Below, piece after piece: positions 41,724-50,832 of a stretch of DNA of 64,000 bases. Both the position numbers and the translations under genes were made by a program. Location: positions 2,144,001 to 2,208,000 of the forward strand of contig OZ241907.1 of the NCBI GenBank assembly GCA_965203515.1. Direction: 5' to 3'. Source of the DNA: Spirochaetia bacterium (GTDB lineage: Bacteria > Spirochaetota > Spirochaetia > SZUA-6 > Bin103). The notes below the pieces were generated by a model. It had not been told where the DNA came from and searched no databases. It saw only the letters and a list, made by a program, of their open reading frames with translations. Numbering within the stretch: the first letter of the stretch is position 1; every line of letters begins with the position of its first letter.

Positions 41724-42727
41724 CGATCAACCTTCTTCGACGTGAAGTGCTGCTCGAACAGATCGGCTATCTTCGACGCCGCGCTCTCGTATCGTCCTCG
41801 AAGGTCCGGGTCGTCCCGCTCGAATTCATCGACGAGCTGACGCTGGTATTCGGATGCCTCGTCGCTGTCGGCGTGGGTCCGATAGTGGACCGACATCGCC
41901 TGCTCGACCGCCGCTGCGAGTTCGGGCACCGTCTCGGTATCCCCAGGAAGCTCCCGCAGCAGCTCGTACGGCGAAGAGATCGGCGCCTCCAGACGCGCAG
42001 CGAATATGCCGGCGACGTGCGTGCGCACGTTGACGCCCGTGACCGAAGTCTGTCCGCCGTACGAACCGGCGAGACCAAGGCTCAACAGCAGGTGTTGAAG
42101 ACCGACCGGCGGAAGCTGGCGGCCATTGCTGGTCAGAACCTGCACCAGAAAGGTGCCGGGCAGCACGAAGTGCCGCGTGAACAGGTTATCGGTATTCTTC
42201 TTGTCCTCGGCATTCCAGAGCGTTCCCGTCTCGTCACCGCGGTGATGGAAACTCTCGTCCACCGCATCACGATACGGCACTGTGCTCAGCGCGTCCGAGT
42301 ACTGCACCGCCGCCTTTACCGGAAGCACCCTCGTCCCCCACATCACGGAGTCGCCGAATACGAGAGTGTTCAGGTCAAGCGCATCCCGAATGGGCATGCG
42401 GTCGCCGACCGCGGTGCGGTTCTGCGGGAGCCGGCCGCCGACGCCCCAGGTGCGCAGCACCAGCAGGCCGCGGCCGCGTTCGCCGAACTTGAACTTGCCG
42501 GGAGTCGCCCTCACGCGGCGCACCCCGTTACGGTCCTCGATGTCCGTTATCTCTTCTTCCGCGTTGCGAAATACGGCTGGCGCCGTGATCTCGCGGATGA
42601 GGGCGACGACAATGTGCCCCGCGTTACGACGCGCCGGCATCACGTACGTGTCTTTGCCGTTCGCTGCGACCACCTCCTCGACGAGGCTCCCTTCGTTGAG
42701 GTATGGCTTGAACTTCTCGATCATCAT
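41720..42727 (-). CDS. cas7: Type I-D Cas7 (Csc2)
   Basis: IREITAPAVFRN, KFKFGERGRG, LVFGDS, RHFVLPGTF, YGGQTS. Confidence 0.85.
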   Translation of the reverse strand: MMIEKFKPYLNEGSLVEEVVAANGKDTYVMPARRNAGHIVVALIREITAPAVFRNAEEEITDIEDRNGVRRVRATPGKFKFGERGRGLLVLRTWGVGGRLPQNRTAVGDRMPIRDALDLNTLVFGDSVMWGTRVLPVKAAVQYSDALSTVPYRDAVDESFHHRGDETGTLWNAEDKKNTDNLFTRHFVLPGTFLVQVLTSNGRQLPPVGLQHLLLSLGLAGSYGGQTSVTGVNVRTHVAGIFAARLEAPISSPYELLRELPGDTETVPELAAAVEQAMSVHYRTHADSDEASEYQRQLVDEFERDDPDLRGRYESAASKIADLFEQHFTSKKVDR

Positions 42728-43215
42728 CGTCTCCCTGTCTCCCCGGAGCGCTCGCTTTCGTGCTCCGCATCTTCTTCATCGGTATCGTTTTCTGACGTTT
42801 CGGGAATACCACGCTCTCGGTACACCTCCAATAGAGCAAAACGATATATCTCGGCGGCGCGCCGCTGCTCCTGCGATGCCGGTTCCATGCATTTGAAGAC
42901 GTTCCCCCAGACTTCGTCTGCAAAGTGCTTTGCGAACTCCACGCACGCGTCGCCCAGCGGCTGATCGTCGCGATGCTTTTTGGCGGCGGCGTCTTTCTTA
43001 CGCGTGAGGTTCGTTTCGAGCGTTCCCGCCAAACCCAGGATCAGAGCGGTTCTGTCGTCGCTCAGCGATCGTTCCGCACGCGGATAGAAGTCGAGCGCCG
43101 TCTTCCAGCATAGCAGCTGCTTGTTGGTCGCGTCTCGTGTGCTGCGACGTCTCTGGATTCGGCTCGCGAGCCACGCAAGCCGAATCAAAGGCTCCTGACT
43201 GTTCCTCAGACTCAC
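42724..43215 (-). CDS. cas11d: Putative internally translated small subunit Cas11d (163 aa)
   Basis: In-frame GGAGGT-AAATCA-GTG inside the cas10d 3' end; internal Cas11d translation is established for type I-D. Confidence 0.7.
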   Translation of the reverse strand: MSLRNSQEPLIRLAWLASRIQRRRSTRDATNKQLLCWKTALDFYPRAERSLSDDRTALILGLAGTLETNLTRKKDAAAKKHRDDQPLGDACVEFAKHFADEVWGNVFKCMEPASQEQRRAAEIYRFALLEVYRERGIPETSENDTDEEDAEHESERSGETGRR

Positions 43216-45720
43216 TGATTTACCTCCGGTACTTCTGATAAGCGCAAGCGCTCGCTCGCGTGCTCCGGTTTCGATTTTCGACCAGCCAAGATCATGGTCT
43301 CTGCCTCCCCGTCGATCTATCGCCAGTCCCCAGGCGACGCAGAGCGCGCCCAGCCTGATCGGATCGGGCTCAGCAAGCTGCTTGGCCCACCCGATTCCCA
43401 GACCAGGCTTGTTCGCCAGATTCTCGAACAATTCCAGACTGGACAGTGTCTTGTGTATCTGCTCGATCCGAAGCGAATCTCCGCCGAGCAGACGCTCCAA
43501 CCAGGCTGGCAGCGCGTCGGAGTGGAAGATCGCCGGATGCCGGCGCGGTGCGCCGCGAAAGATGTGGATGGGCCGGCCGAGCCGTTGGACGGCCGTGAGC
43601 GTCATGCGAAGCTGCACCACCAGTTCGGCGTCCTTGCTCGGCAACCTCTCCAGCCGCGCTATTCGTATCCGCTTTCTTTGGCAGTCGAGCCCTTCATATA
43701 CCCGTCCCTTCCTCATATCCAGACGATTGAGATCGTTCAGTCCCATGGATACACCGGCGACGTCTTCCTGCTGAAATGCAAGTCCGCCGAAGAGCCCTGT
43801 GGATGCCGGGGAGGAAATCAGGGGAGGCAGGTCGCCGCTGCCTTTGAACTCTTCCTGCGCCTGCCGGCGCAACTGCAGTTCGGCCAAGCATACCGGACAC
43901 AGGTGAGTATCTCCGGACGGTGACGCCAGATGGTCGTTGCGTCCATCACGTCCCGAGAAGGCTGACGCCTTGATGCCGTGCGCCCGCGACGCGGTGCTGA
44001 CGCTGCGCGAAGCGTCCACAGGCTCGTTGCACATTATGCAGCGTTTGGTCGAGGCGTCGCGGTCAAAAGGTTGTGCTGCCCTTGCAGTCAGGTAGGCGGA
44101 AAAGCGTGCACGCAGCGCATTGCGGATGTCGATGGACACGTCTTCGACTTGATCGGCCAGGCCGCCGCGCTCGTCATTGCCCTCAAGCCAGAGCCCGATA
44201 AGACCCGACCGGCCGACGATGCGATCGAGGATTCCTCGGGCCTTGTCCGGATCGTCCTCGGCCAGCCGCCACACCTCCGCGACTGTCCAGAGAGCCAATA
44301 CTACGCGACGTACCCGTCCGTCCTTCTTGATCGCCGCCACGACCGGCGGTGGTTCCTTTCCTTCGGCGTGAAGAAGGGCCAGGAGCTCCTGCTCCCGACG
44401 GTCGGCGTCCGGCGCAGCGGACTTGCGCCTGGAGTCCACGTGGTTGAGCGCAATCGACAGGTAGGTCAACGCATGGGCCGGCTCCATGTCGAGATCGCGC
44501 GGGTCTCCTCCCGGATGGTCCAGCGCCGGTTTCACGGTGGCCCCGGGGGCGCCGTCGAGCGGACTCCACGAGGTTTCCATCCCCGCGGCCTGAAACAGGT
44601 GGTCGATATCCTCGCTGTACTCCTGTGCGAATTGCCTGGGGAGTGCCAGCAGATTTACGAACCGGTGCCAGTCGTCCGTTCGCGCCATCACGGCGCGACA
44701 CGCTGCCCACGACACCGCGCCGCCGACGAACTCGCATGCCAGGCGATTGTTGACCGAGAACCGAAGGCCGTACGGAAGGGCGTCAAGGAAGCGGTCGAGC
44801 GCCTGTTCCTTGATGACGTTTGCCTGTTCTGCGGGTACTACGCACAACAGCTGCCCGTCATGCACGATTTCGACGAGCGGGAGCCGACCGGCGATTTCCT
44901 TGCATGCGTCGGAAAGCGCAAGCTGGAAGCGATCCAGGAGGAAAACGTGCAGGTGGTCATGGATTTCGACTTTCTCCCACTGCGTCAGTGCACGGTTTCG
45001 CAGTACCGGCCAGTGATCGGGATTGCGTAGCGAGGCGATCACACCGTCAACACCCCCGCCCCGCTCCCGGCTGGTGAACATTCCCTCCAACTTGTCGGCC
45101 AGCTCGATGTAGCGGCAGGTTTCGGCAATCGATCGGTCGTAGTCCGGCGCAGCGGAACTTCGGGCAGCCTGCGTGCCCTCCACCTCCTCGATGTAGTTGA
45201 GCATCGCGATTGGCGAGACCCGGATTCCGCGTTTCGACAGAAACTCGTCGATCCCGTAGCGGCTCATCCGTTCGGCAACGGCATCTACGGGGATCTCACC
45301 GCCGCGCTGCAAGCGCAGGTCCTTGTCGATGTCATGGAGGAAGGCGATGCACACGACGGCATGCGCCAATCGTTCCAACTCGGCGAGCTCCGCTTCACTT
45401 GACCATGGGCGCAGGGCATCGGCCAGCCAGAACATGAGCGCGCCCCGGGCGACCGACAGCAGATGATCGAGCAAGCTGATGTTGTCATTCTTCGCCCACC
45501 GCTCTGCCAGCACCGGATCATTGGACCATCCACCCTTGCCGCTGATCGTGGCCAAGCGCACCGGCCGGCCGTCGATCTTTGCCGCGCCCTTTCCCACGGC
45601 GGGTTCGGGCGCTTCACCGATGCGGTCCATGCCGACCCGTGCGACCACGCATTCGGCGATGAACGCGCCGTACACTTCCACCGCCGTTCGGTGGGCGTAG
45701 TCCTGGGACCGGAAGCTCAT
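42724..45720 (-). CDS. cas10d: Type I-D large subunit Cas10d (Csc3) with HD nuclease domain
   Basis: ISLLDHLL...AFLHDIDK (HD), ELADK, Zn-finger CIMC...CPVC. ATGA overlap with cas6. Confidence 0.85.
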   Translation of the reverse strand: MSFRSQDYAHRTAVEVYGAFIAECVVARVGMDRIGEAPEPAVGKGAAKIDGRPVRLATISGKGGWSNDPVLAERWAKNDNISLLDHLLSVARGALMFWLADALRPWSSEAELAELERLAHAVVCIAFLHDIDKDLRLQRGGEIPVDAVAERMSRYGIDEFLSKRGIRVSPIAMLNYIEEVEGTQAARSSAAPDYDRSIAETCRYIELADKLEGMFTSRERGGGVDGVIASLRNPDHWPVLRNRALTQWEKVEIHDHLHVFLLDRFQLALSDACKEIAGRLPLVEIVHDGQLLCVVPAEQANVIKEQALDRFLDALPYGLRFSVNNRLACEFVGGAVSWAACRAVMARTDDWHRFVNLLALPRQFAQEYSEDIDHLFQAAGMETSWSPLDGAPGATVKPALDHPGGDPRDLDMEPAHALTYLSIALNHVDSRRKSAAPDADRREQELLALLHAEGKEPPPVVAAIKKDGRVRRVVLALWTVAEVWRLAEDDPDKARGILDRIVGRSGLIGLWLEGNDERGGLADQVEDVSIDIRNALRARFSAYLTARAAQPFDRDASTKRCIMCNEPVDASRSVSTASRAHGIKASAFSGRDGRNDHLASPSGDTHLCPVCLAELQLRRQAQEEFKGSGDLPPLISSPASTGLFGGLAFQQEDVAGVSMGLNDLNRLDMRKGRVYEGLDCQRKRIRIARLERLPSKDAELVVQLRMTLTAVQRLGRPIHIFRGAPRRHPAIFHSDALPAWLERLLGGDSLRIEQIHKTLSSLELFENLANKPGLGIGWAKQLAEPDPIRLGALCVAWGLAIDRRGGRDHDLGWSKIETGARERALALIRSTGGKSVSLRNSQEPLIRLAWLASRIQRRRSTRDATNKQLLCWKTALDFYPRAERSLSDDRTALILGLAGTLETNLTRKKDAAAKKHRDDQPLGDACVEFAKHFADEVWGNVFKCMEPASQEQRRAAEIYRFALLEVYRERGIPETSENDTDEEDAEHESERSGETGRR

Positions 45721-46445
45721 ACGAACGCCCCGGCGTGTCCGATGCAGCCGAAGCCGTAACGGTTCTTCTCGCCAATCCCGAGCGCCCACGCCGAACGCAG
45801 GTCTTCGAGCCGGCCGCTGATGAACAGCGGGCACAGCATGCCGATCACGAATGCCGGCTTCGCGCCCGGAACCGTCCGCGTGCGGACCAGTGTGGAGTGT
45901 TTCGGATTGGCTCGCAGGTAAAGCCGGTCGGGCTGGATCGTCAGGCTGACTGCCCGGCCGGTCAACCGCGAAAGGCGGAAATTGATCGCCTCCTCCAGAT
46001 CCGGACCCGCTTTGCTCAGATCATCGTGCCAGCGGCCCTTCCGGCCGCGTACCGACAGCGCGAGCGGCGAGAGCATGATGGCCCCCAGCGTCGCGAAATC
46101 TCCCGGTTGGCAGACTGCCGGGAGATCGTCGCGGCCGAGTTCCCAAGCGGACAGGTCCACGATGTCGCCGTTGGCCGAGGACTTCCGTATCGTTTCGGGA
46201 GCCAGCCGCTGCAGGACGGACTCCAGCACGCCCCCCTCCGCTCCGACCACCAGCGATTTCATGAGGAAGCCGGCGGGAGTAGCTGAGCCTACCGCTCCGA
46301 ACGACCAGTTGCCGGCGTCTCGACCTACTACGTCTGTTCCGCTCGCCCCGCAGGAAGTCCAGGCATTGACAAGAGCGCCGTGCATGCTGTCCAGGTACCG
46401 CACGCGCGCGCGCGCCCCCGGAGGAGCAGTCAGTCTGATCCGCAT
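45717..46445 (-). CDS. cas6: CRISPR-associated endoribonuclease Cas6
   Basis: C-terminal G-rich loop GIGEKNRYGFG, MLSP motif, GAGGTG RBS before ATG 46445. Confidence 0.85.
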   Translation of the reverse strand: MRIRLTAPPGARARVRYLDSMHGALVNAWTSCGASGTDVVGRDAGNWSFGAVGSATPAGFLMKSLVVGAEGGVLESVLQRLAPETIRKSSANGDIVDLSAWELGRDDLPAVCQPGDFATLGAIMLSPLALSVRGRKGRWHDDLSKAGPDLEEAINFRLSRLTGRAVSLTIQPDRLYLRANPKHSTLVRTRTVPGAKPAFVIGMLCPLFISGRLEDLRSAWALGIGEKNRYGFGCIGHAGAFV

Positions 46446-46492
46446 CGCTTCACCTCGTGCTCCCAGATGATAGCAATATCCGATCTGATTTG

Positions 46493-46515
46493 ATACCTGC
46501 AAGTTCTGCAGGCAT
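46493..46515. promoter_or_regulatory. Inverted repeat in the cas6/WYL divergent promoter
   Basis: ATACCTGCA-AGTTC-TGCAGGCAT (8 of 9 arm positions match). Confidence 0.55.
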
Positions 46516-47356
46516 GATGAGTCATATGATGCTGCATCTGGCTCTCGGTCGTCACTTCGTGGAGAACATGCTGTACTGGCGGCGCCATCTGCGCGCGAGG
46601 GAGGTCCAGGAGTTCCTCGGCGTATCAGAGCGCACGGCCCGAACCTTGATACGGGGTTGGCGCATCGACGGCATCCTGCCCCCGTACCGGGCGGCGGACG
46701 CGCGATACCTCATCCCGCCGCCAGCGTTCGATCCGGGCCCGGTCGTGACGGATCCGAACGTAGCGCTATCGCTCCTGCTCATCGCCGATCGCCTGCCGGG
46801 AAATCCGTTTGCCACGGTCGCCCTGCCGGATGGCGGTCACGACGTGGCGTTCTCAGCACCGATTCCGTCGCAGGCGATTCGTAACGTGATCGCTGCGTGT
46901 CTGGACCGCCGGCCGGTATGGCTGCTCTACGCCGCCAAGACCGGCCGTGAGGAGTTCGTCTTTCATCCGTCGGCGCTCGTCCGTGCCCGCGGCCGCTATC
47001 ACCTGCGAGGCTTTCGCCGCGACGGGCAGGATCGCTCGGGCATGCCGCTCGACGATCGATTCGTAGATGTCGTTCCTGCCCGAACCGTCGAAGCGAGGCC
47101 GCAGGAAGACACGTCGTTCGTGGGATTGGCCGGCGACGTCGACTGGCACACGTTCGAGAAACGGGATTTCGTTCTGTCCGCGGCTCTGTCGGATGATGAA
47201 CGGCTGTGCTATGAGCACGAGTACGGCATTGCCGACAGTGGCGTTCTGGAAGTCACGCAACGGCGTGCCCTGATGCCGTACGTCCTGCAAGAGTTGTCCG
47301 AACGTCTCTGCTGGCGCACGGACGGCACGTCCGTGGGCGTTTGGGACATCGAGTGA
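46514..47356 (+). CDS. wHTH-WYL transcriptional regulator (BrxR/CapW-like)
   Basis: N-terminal HTH (EVQEFLGVSERTA), WYL core FHPSALVRARGRYHLRGF, C-terminal EHEYG...RRALMPYVL. Confidence 0.82.
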   Translation: MMSHMMLHLALGRHFVENMLYWRRHLRAREVQEFLGVSERTARTLIRGWRIDGILPPYRAADARYLIPPPAFDPGPVVTDPNVALSLLLIADRLPGNPFATVALPDGGHDVAFSAPIPSQAIRNVIAACLDRRPVWLLYAAKTGREEFVFHPSALVRARGRYHLRGFRRDGQDRSGMPLDDRFVDVVPARTVEARPQEDTSFVGLAGDVDWHTFEKRDFVLSAALSDDERLCYEHEYGIADSGVLEVTQRRALMPYVLQELSERLCWRTDGTSVGVWDIE

Positions 47357-47365
47357 TCCACCCCA

Positions 47366-47415
47366 GCGGCGCGCTCAAAGGGCTCGCCAAGCGTGGCGCC
47401 GGTCGTCGCCAGCGC
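47366..47415 (+). repeat. Third copy of a ~50-bp segment of the glycosyl hydrolase 3' end
   Basis: Matches 29686-29734 and 30711-30759 with 2 substitutions and 1 insertion. Confidence 0.85.
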
Positions 47416-47463
47416 TATACGCACGGAAGGTCACTCTCGTTTACGGCGTCGCAGAAGACCATC

Positions 47464-47537
47464 TCCAGCAACGACGCCCACAGCGACTTGCCGAAGCGCC
47501 GCGGGCGGATCAGGAAGGCGTAGCGCTCCTGCTCCAG
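47464..47537 (-). pseudogene. Small relic of an AAA-ATPase-like gene (Walker A region)
   Basis: Encodes LEQERYAFLIRPRRFGKSLWASLLE, paralogous to 18370-18443. Confidence 0.75.
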
Positions 47538-47629
47538 CCGCCGCACCGGATGAGATCGCCGGGCGTTGCGTTGAACGGCGGCGTGTAGCAAGATACGCGC
47601 CCGCTGCCCCGCGGGTCGTCGAAGCCGCC

Positions 47630-49615
47630 ATGTCCAAAGCCCCCTGCTACGTCACCACCCCGATCTACTACGTGAACGACCAGCCGCATGTCGGTCACGC
47701 CTACACCACGGTGACCACCGACTTCCTGGCGCGCTGGCACCGCTCGGACGGCCACGACACCTGGTTCCTCACCGGCACCGACGAGCACGGCGAGAAGGTC
47801 GACAACGCCGCCGCCGAAGCCGGCCGGGAGACGCAGGCGTTCGTCGACCGGGTCAGCCGCCGCTTCCGCGATGCGTGGCAGGCGCTCGACATCTCCCACG
47901 ACGACTTCATCCGCACCACCGAGGAGCGCCACAAGCGCGTGGTGCGCGCGATCCTGCAGCGCATCCACGACGCGGGCGACGTCTACTACGGCGAGTACGA
48001 AGGGCTGTACTCGGTCGGCCAGGAACGCTACGTGGGAGAGGACGAGCTGGTCGACGGCAAGCTGCCGGAGGACCGCGACCCGCCGGTCCTGCGCCGCGAA
48101 GGCAACTACTTCTTCCGCATGGAGAAGTACCGCCACTGGCTGCGCGACTTCCTGGAAGCGAACCCCGGCTGGATACACCCGGCCGGCTACCGGTCGGAGA
48201 TGCTCGGCCTGCTGCGCGAGCCGGTCGGCGACCTGTCGATCTCCCGCCCGCGCGACCGGTTGCCGTGGGGCATCGGCCTGCCGTGGGACGACTCGCACGT
48301 CACCTACGTCTGGTGCGACGCGCTGATCAACTACGTCTCCGCGCTCGGCTACCCGGACGACCCGCGCTACCGCACGTTCTGGCCGCGCACCTGGCACCTG
48401 ATCGGCAAGGACATCCTGCGCCAGCACGCCATGTTCTGGCCGACCATGCTCAAGTCGGCCGGCCTGCCGCTGCCGGAGCGCATCCTGGTCGGCGGCTACC
48501 TGTCCGGTTCCGACGGCCGCAAGATGAGCAAGTCGCTCGGCAACGTGCTCGACCCCTTCCAGCTCGCCGACCGCTACGGGACCGACGCGGTCCGCTACTA
48601 CCTGCTGCGCATCCTGCCGTACGGCAACGACGGCAACGCCGGCGAAGCCGGACTGGTCGAACGCTACAACGCCGACCTGGCCAACGACCTGGGCAACCTG
48701 CTGTCGCGGACGCTCACCCTGGTCAACCGCCATCTGGACGGCGCGGTCGGCGCGCCGCGCCCGGGTCCCGCCGAGCGGGAGGTGCAGGAGCACGCCGACG
48801 GCTTGGCCGATGCGGTGCGCGGCCTGATCGCCGGGATGCGCCTCAACGGCGCCCTGGAGGAGGTCATGCAGTTCGTGCGCCGGTTGAACCGCTACTTCAA
48901 CGACCGGCAGCCGTGGGCGCTGGCCAAGGACCCGCAGGCCCGCGAACGCCTGGAAACGGTGCTCTACACCGCGGTGGAGGGACTGCGCCTCGCCGCGGTG
49001 CTGCTGGCGCCGGCCATGCCGGCCAAGACCGCGACGCTGCTGTCGGCGCTCGGCCTGCAGCCGCAGAGCGTCCGCGACGGGGCGCGCTGGGGGCTGACGC
49101 CGCCCGGCGCCACCGTCGATCCCGATCCGCCGGTGCTGTTCCCGAGGATCGACGCCGGCGGGCGGACCGGCGCCGGCACACGACCCCGGACCGCGAAACC
49201 GGCGCCGGAGCGATCCGGCCCGGAGCGTTCCGGGGCGAAGCCCTCCGAGCCGCCCAAATCCACCCACAAGGAGCCTGCGGTGAGCGACAACCTGATCACC
49301 TTCGAAGAGTTCGGCCGCGTCGACATGCGCGTGGCGGAGGTCCTGACCGCCGAACGCGTGCCCAAGACCGACCGCCTGCTGAAACTCGGCATCCGCATCG
49401 GCGACGAGGAGCGCACCGTGGTGGCCGGCATCGCCGCCTGGTACGAGGCCGAGCAGATGGTAGGCCGCAAGATCGTCGTGGTCGCCAACCTGAAGCCGGC
49501 CAAGCTGCGCGGCATCGTGTCGCAGGGCATGCTGCTGGCCGCCGAGGACGATGCCGGCAACCTGGCGCTGCTCGAGGTGCCGCCCGATACCGCCAGCGGC
49601 GCCAGGGTCAAGTGA
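47630..49615 (+). CDS. metG: Methionine--tRNA ligase with C-terminal tRNA-binding OB domain
   Basis: YVTTPIYYVN, HVGH, GTDEHG, KMSKS, VANLKPAKLRGIVSQGM. Confidence 0.97.
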   Translation: MSKAPCYVTTPIYYVNDQPHVGHAYTTVTTDFLARWHRSDGHDTWFLTGTDEHGEKVDNAAAEAGRETQAFVDRVSRRFRDAWQALDISHDDFIRTTEERHKRVVRAILQRIHDAGDVYYGEYEGLYSVGQERYVGEDELVDGKLPEDRDPPVLRREGNYFFRMEKYRHWLRDFLEANPGWIHPAGYRSEMLGLLREPVGDLSISRPRDRLPWGIGLPWDDSHVTYVWCDALINYVSALGYPDDPRYRTFWPRTWHLIGKDILRQHAMFWPTMLKSAGLPLPERILVGGYLSGSDGRKMSKSLGNVLDPFQLADRYGTDAVRYYLLRILPYGNDGNAGEAGLVERYNADLANDLGNLLSRTLTLVNRHLDGAVGAPRPGPAEREVQEHADGLADAVRGLIAGMRLNGALEEVMQFVRRLNRYFNDRQPWALAKDPQARERLETVLYTAVEGLRLAAVLLAPAMPAKTATLLSALGLQPQSVRDGARWGLTPPGATVDPDPPVLFPRIDAGGRTGAGTRPRTAKPAPERSGPERSGAKPSEPPKSTHKEPAVSDNLITFEEFGRVDMRVAEVLTAERVPKTDRLLKLGIRIGDEERTVVAGIAAWYEAEQMVGRKIVVVANLKPAKLRGIVSQGMLLAAEDDAGNLALLEVPPDTASGARVK

Positions 49616-49676
49616 CCGGGAACGATCGGGGCACGGAGGTCGAGACCCGTGGGTGAGCCGTCATGAGACGCGCGTC

Positions 49677-50831
49677 ATGAGACGCAAGGTGCGCATGGGC
49701 ATGGTCGGCGGCGGACGCGACGCCTTCATCGGCGCCGTGCACCGGATGGCGGCCGCCCTCGACGGCCACGTCGAGCTGGTCTGCGGGGCGTTCTCCGGCG
49801 ACCCGGACAAGTCCCGCGCTTCCGGCGCCGACCTCTACCTGCCGGCCGGCCGCGTGTACGGCACCTACCGGGAGATGATGGAGCGGGAGGCCGTGCTGCC
49901 GGCCGGCGAGCGCATGGACTTCGTCTCCATCGTCACGCCCAACAACGTGCACTTTCCGGTCGCCAAGGCGGCGCTGGAGGCCGGCTTTCACGTCATCAGC
50001 GACAAGCCCATGACCTACGATCTGGACGAGGCGCTGGCGCTGCGCGAGCTGGTCCGCGCCACCGGGCTGCAGTTCGGGCTTACCCACAACTACACCGGCT
50101 ATCCCATGGTCAAGGAGGCGCGGCAACTGATCCGCGACGGCTCCATCGGCCGGGTGCGGAAGGTGGTGGTCGAGTATCCGCAGGGGTGGCTCTCCAGACT
50201 GGAGGAGGCGACCGGGCAGAAGCAGGCCGGCTGGCGCACCGATCCGGCGCAGGCCGGCATCAGCTCCTGCATCGGCGACATCGGCACCCATGCCGAGAAC
50301 CTGATGGAGCACGTCACCGGACTGTCGATCACGGAGCTCTGCGCGGACCTGACCACGTTCGTCGCCGGCCGCAAGCTGGAGGACGACGGCAACGTGCTGG
50401 TGCGCCTGCAGCAGGGCGCCAAAGGGGTCCTGTACGCCAGCCAGGTCGCCGCAGGCGAGGAGAACGCGCTGGCGATCCGCGTCTACGGCGAGCAGGGCGG
50501 GCTGGAATGGCGCCAGCAGGAGCCCAACACCCTGATCGTCAAGTGGGCGGACCGCCACCGCGAGGTGCGGCGCACCGGCGTGGGCGATCTGTCGGACGCC
50601 GCGCAACGCCATACGCGCCTGCCGCCGGGCCATCCGGAGGGCTACGTCGAGGCGTTCGCCAACCTGTACCGCAACTACGCGCTGACCCTGCAGGCGCGCC
50701 TGCAGGGCGCCGAGCCGCCCGCCGGGCTCGATTATCCCACGGTCGACGACGGCGTGCGCGGCATGGCGTTCATCGCCGCCTGCGTGGCCAGTTCCCGGAG
50801 CGACCGCAAGTGGCACCGACTGGAGGCATGA
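49677..50831 (+). CDS. Gfo/Idh/MocA oxidoreductase
   Basis: [35 protein letters not shown]. Confidence 0.9.
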   Translation: MRRKVRMGMVGGGRDAFIGAVHRMAAALDGHVELVCGAFSGDPDKSRASGADLYLPAGRVYGTYREMMEREAVLPAGERMDFVSIVTPNNVHFPVAKAALEAGFHVISDKPMTYDLDEALALRELVRATGLQFGLTHNYTGYPMVKEARQLIRDGSIGRVRKVVVEYPQGWLSRLEEATGQKQAGWRTDPAQAGISSCIGDIGTHAENLMEHVTGLSITELCADLTTFVAGRKLEDDGNVLVRLQQGAKGVLYASQVAAGEENALAIRVYGEQGGLEWRQQEPNTLIVKWADRHREVRRTGVGDLSDAAQRHTRLPPGHPEGYVEAFANLYRNYALTLQARLQGAEPPAGLDYPTVDDGVRGMAFIAACVASSRSDRKWHRLEA

Positions 50832-50832
50832 C

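Noticed and set aside
42724..45720. Type III Cas10 assignment
   Set aside because: No GGDD palm motif and no csm/cmr genes; a Cas3' helicase and Csc1/Csc2-like genes are present.
45700..46520. CreTA/CreR-like mini-array near cas6
   Set aside because: cas6 and cas10d overlap, and I found no repeat-like sequence in the 68-bp promoter gap.
29533..47415. CRISPR-associated transposon (CAST) or casposon interpretation
   Set aside because: No tnsA/B/C, tniQ, PolB or terminal inverted repeats are seen, and Cas3' and the Cas10d HD motif are intact.
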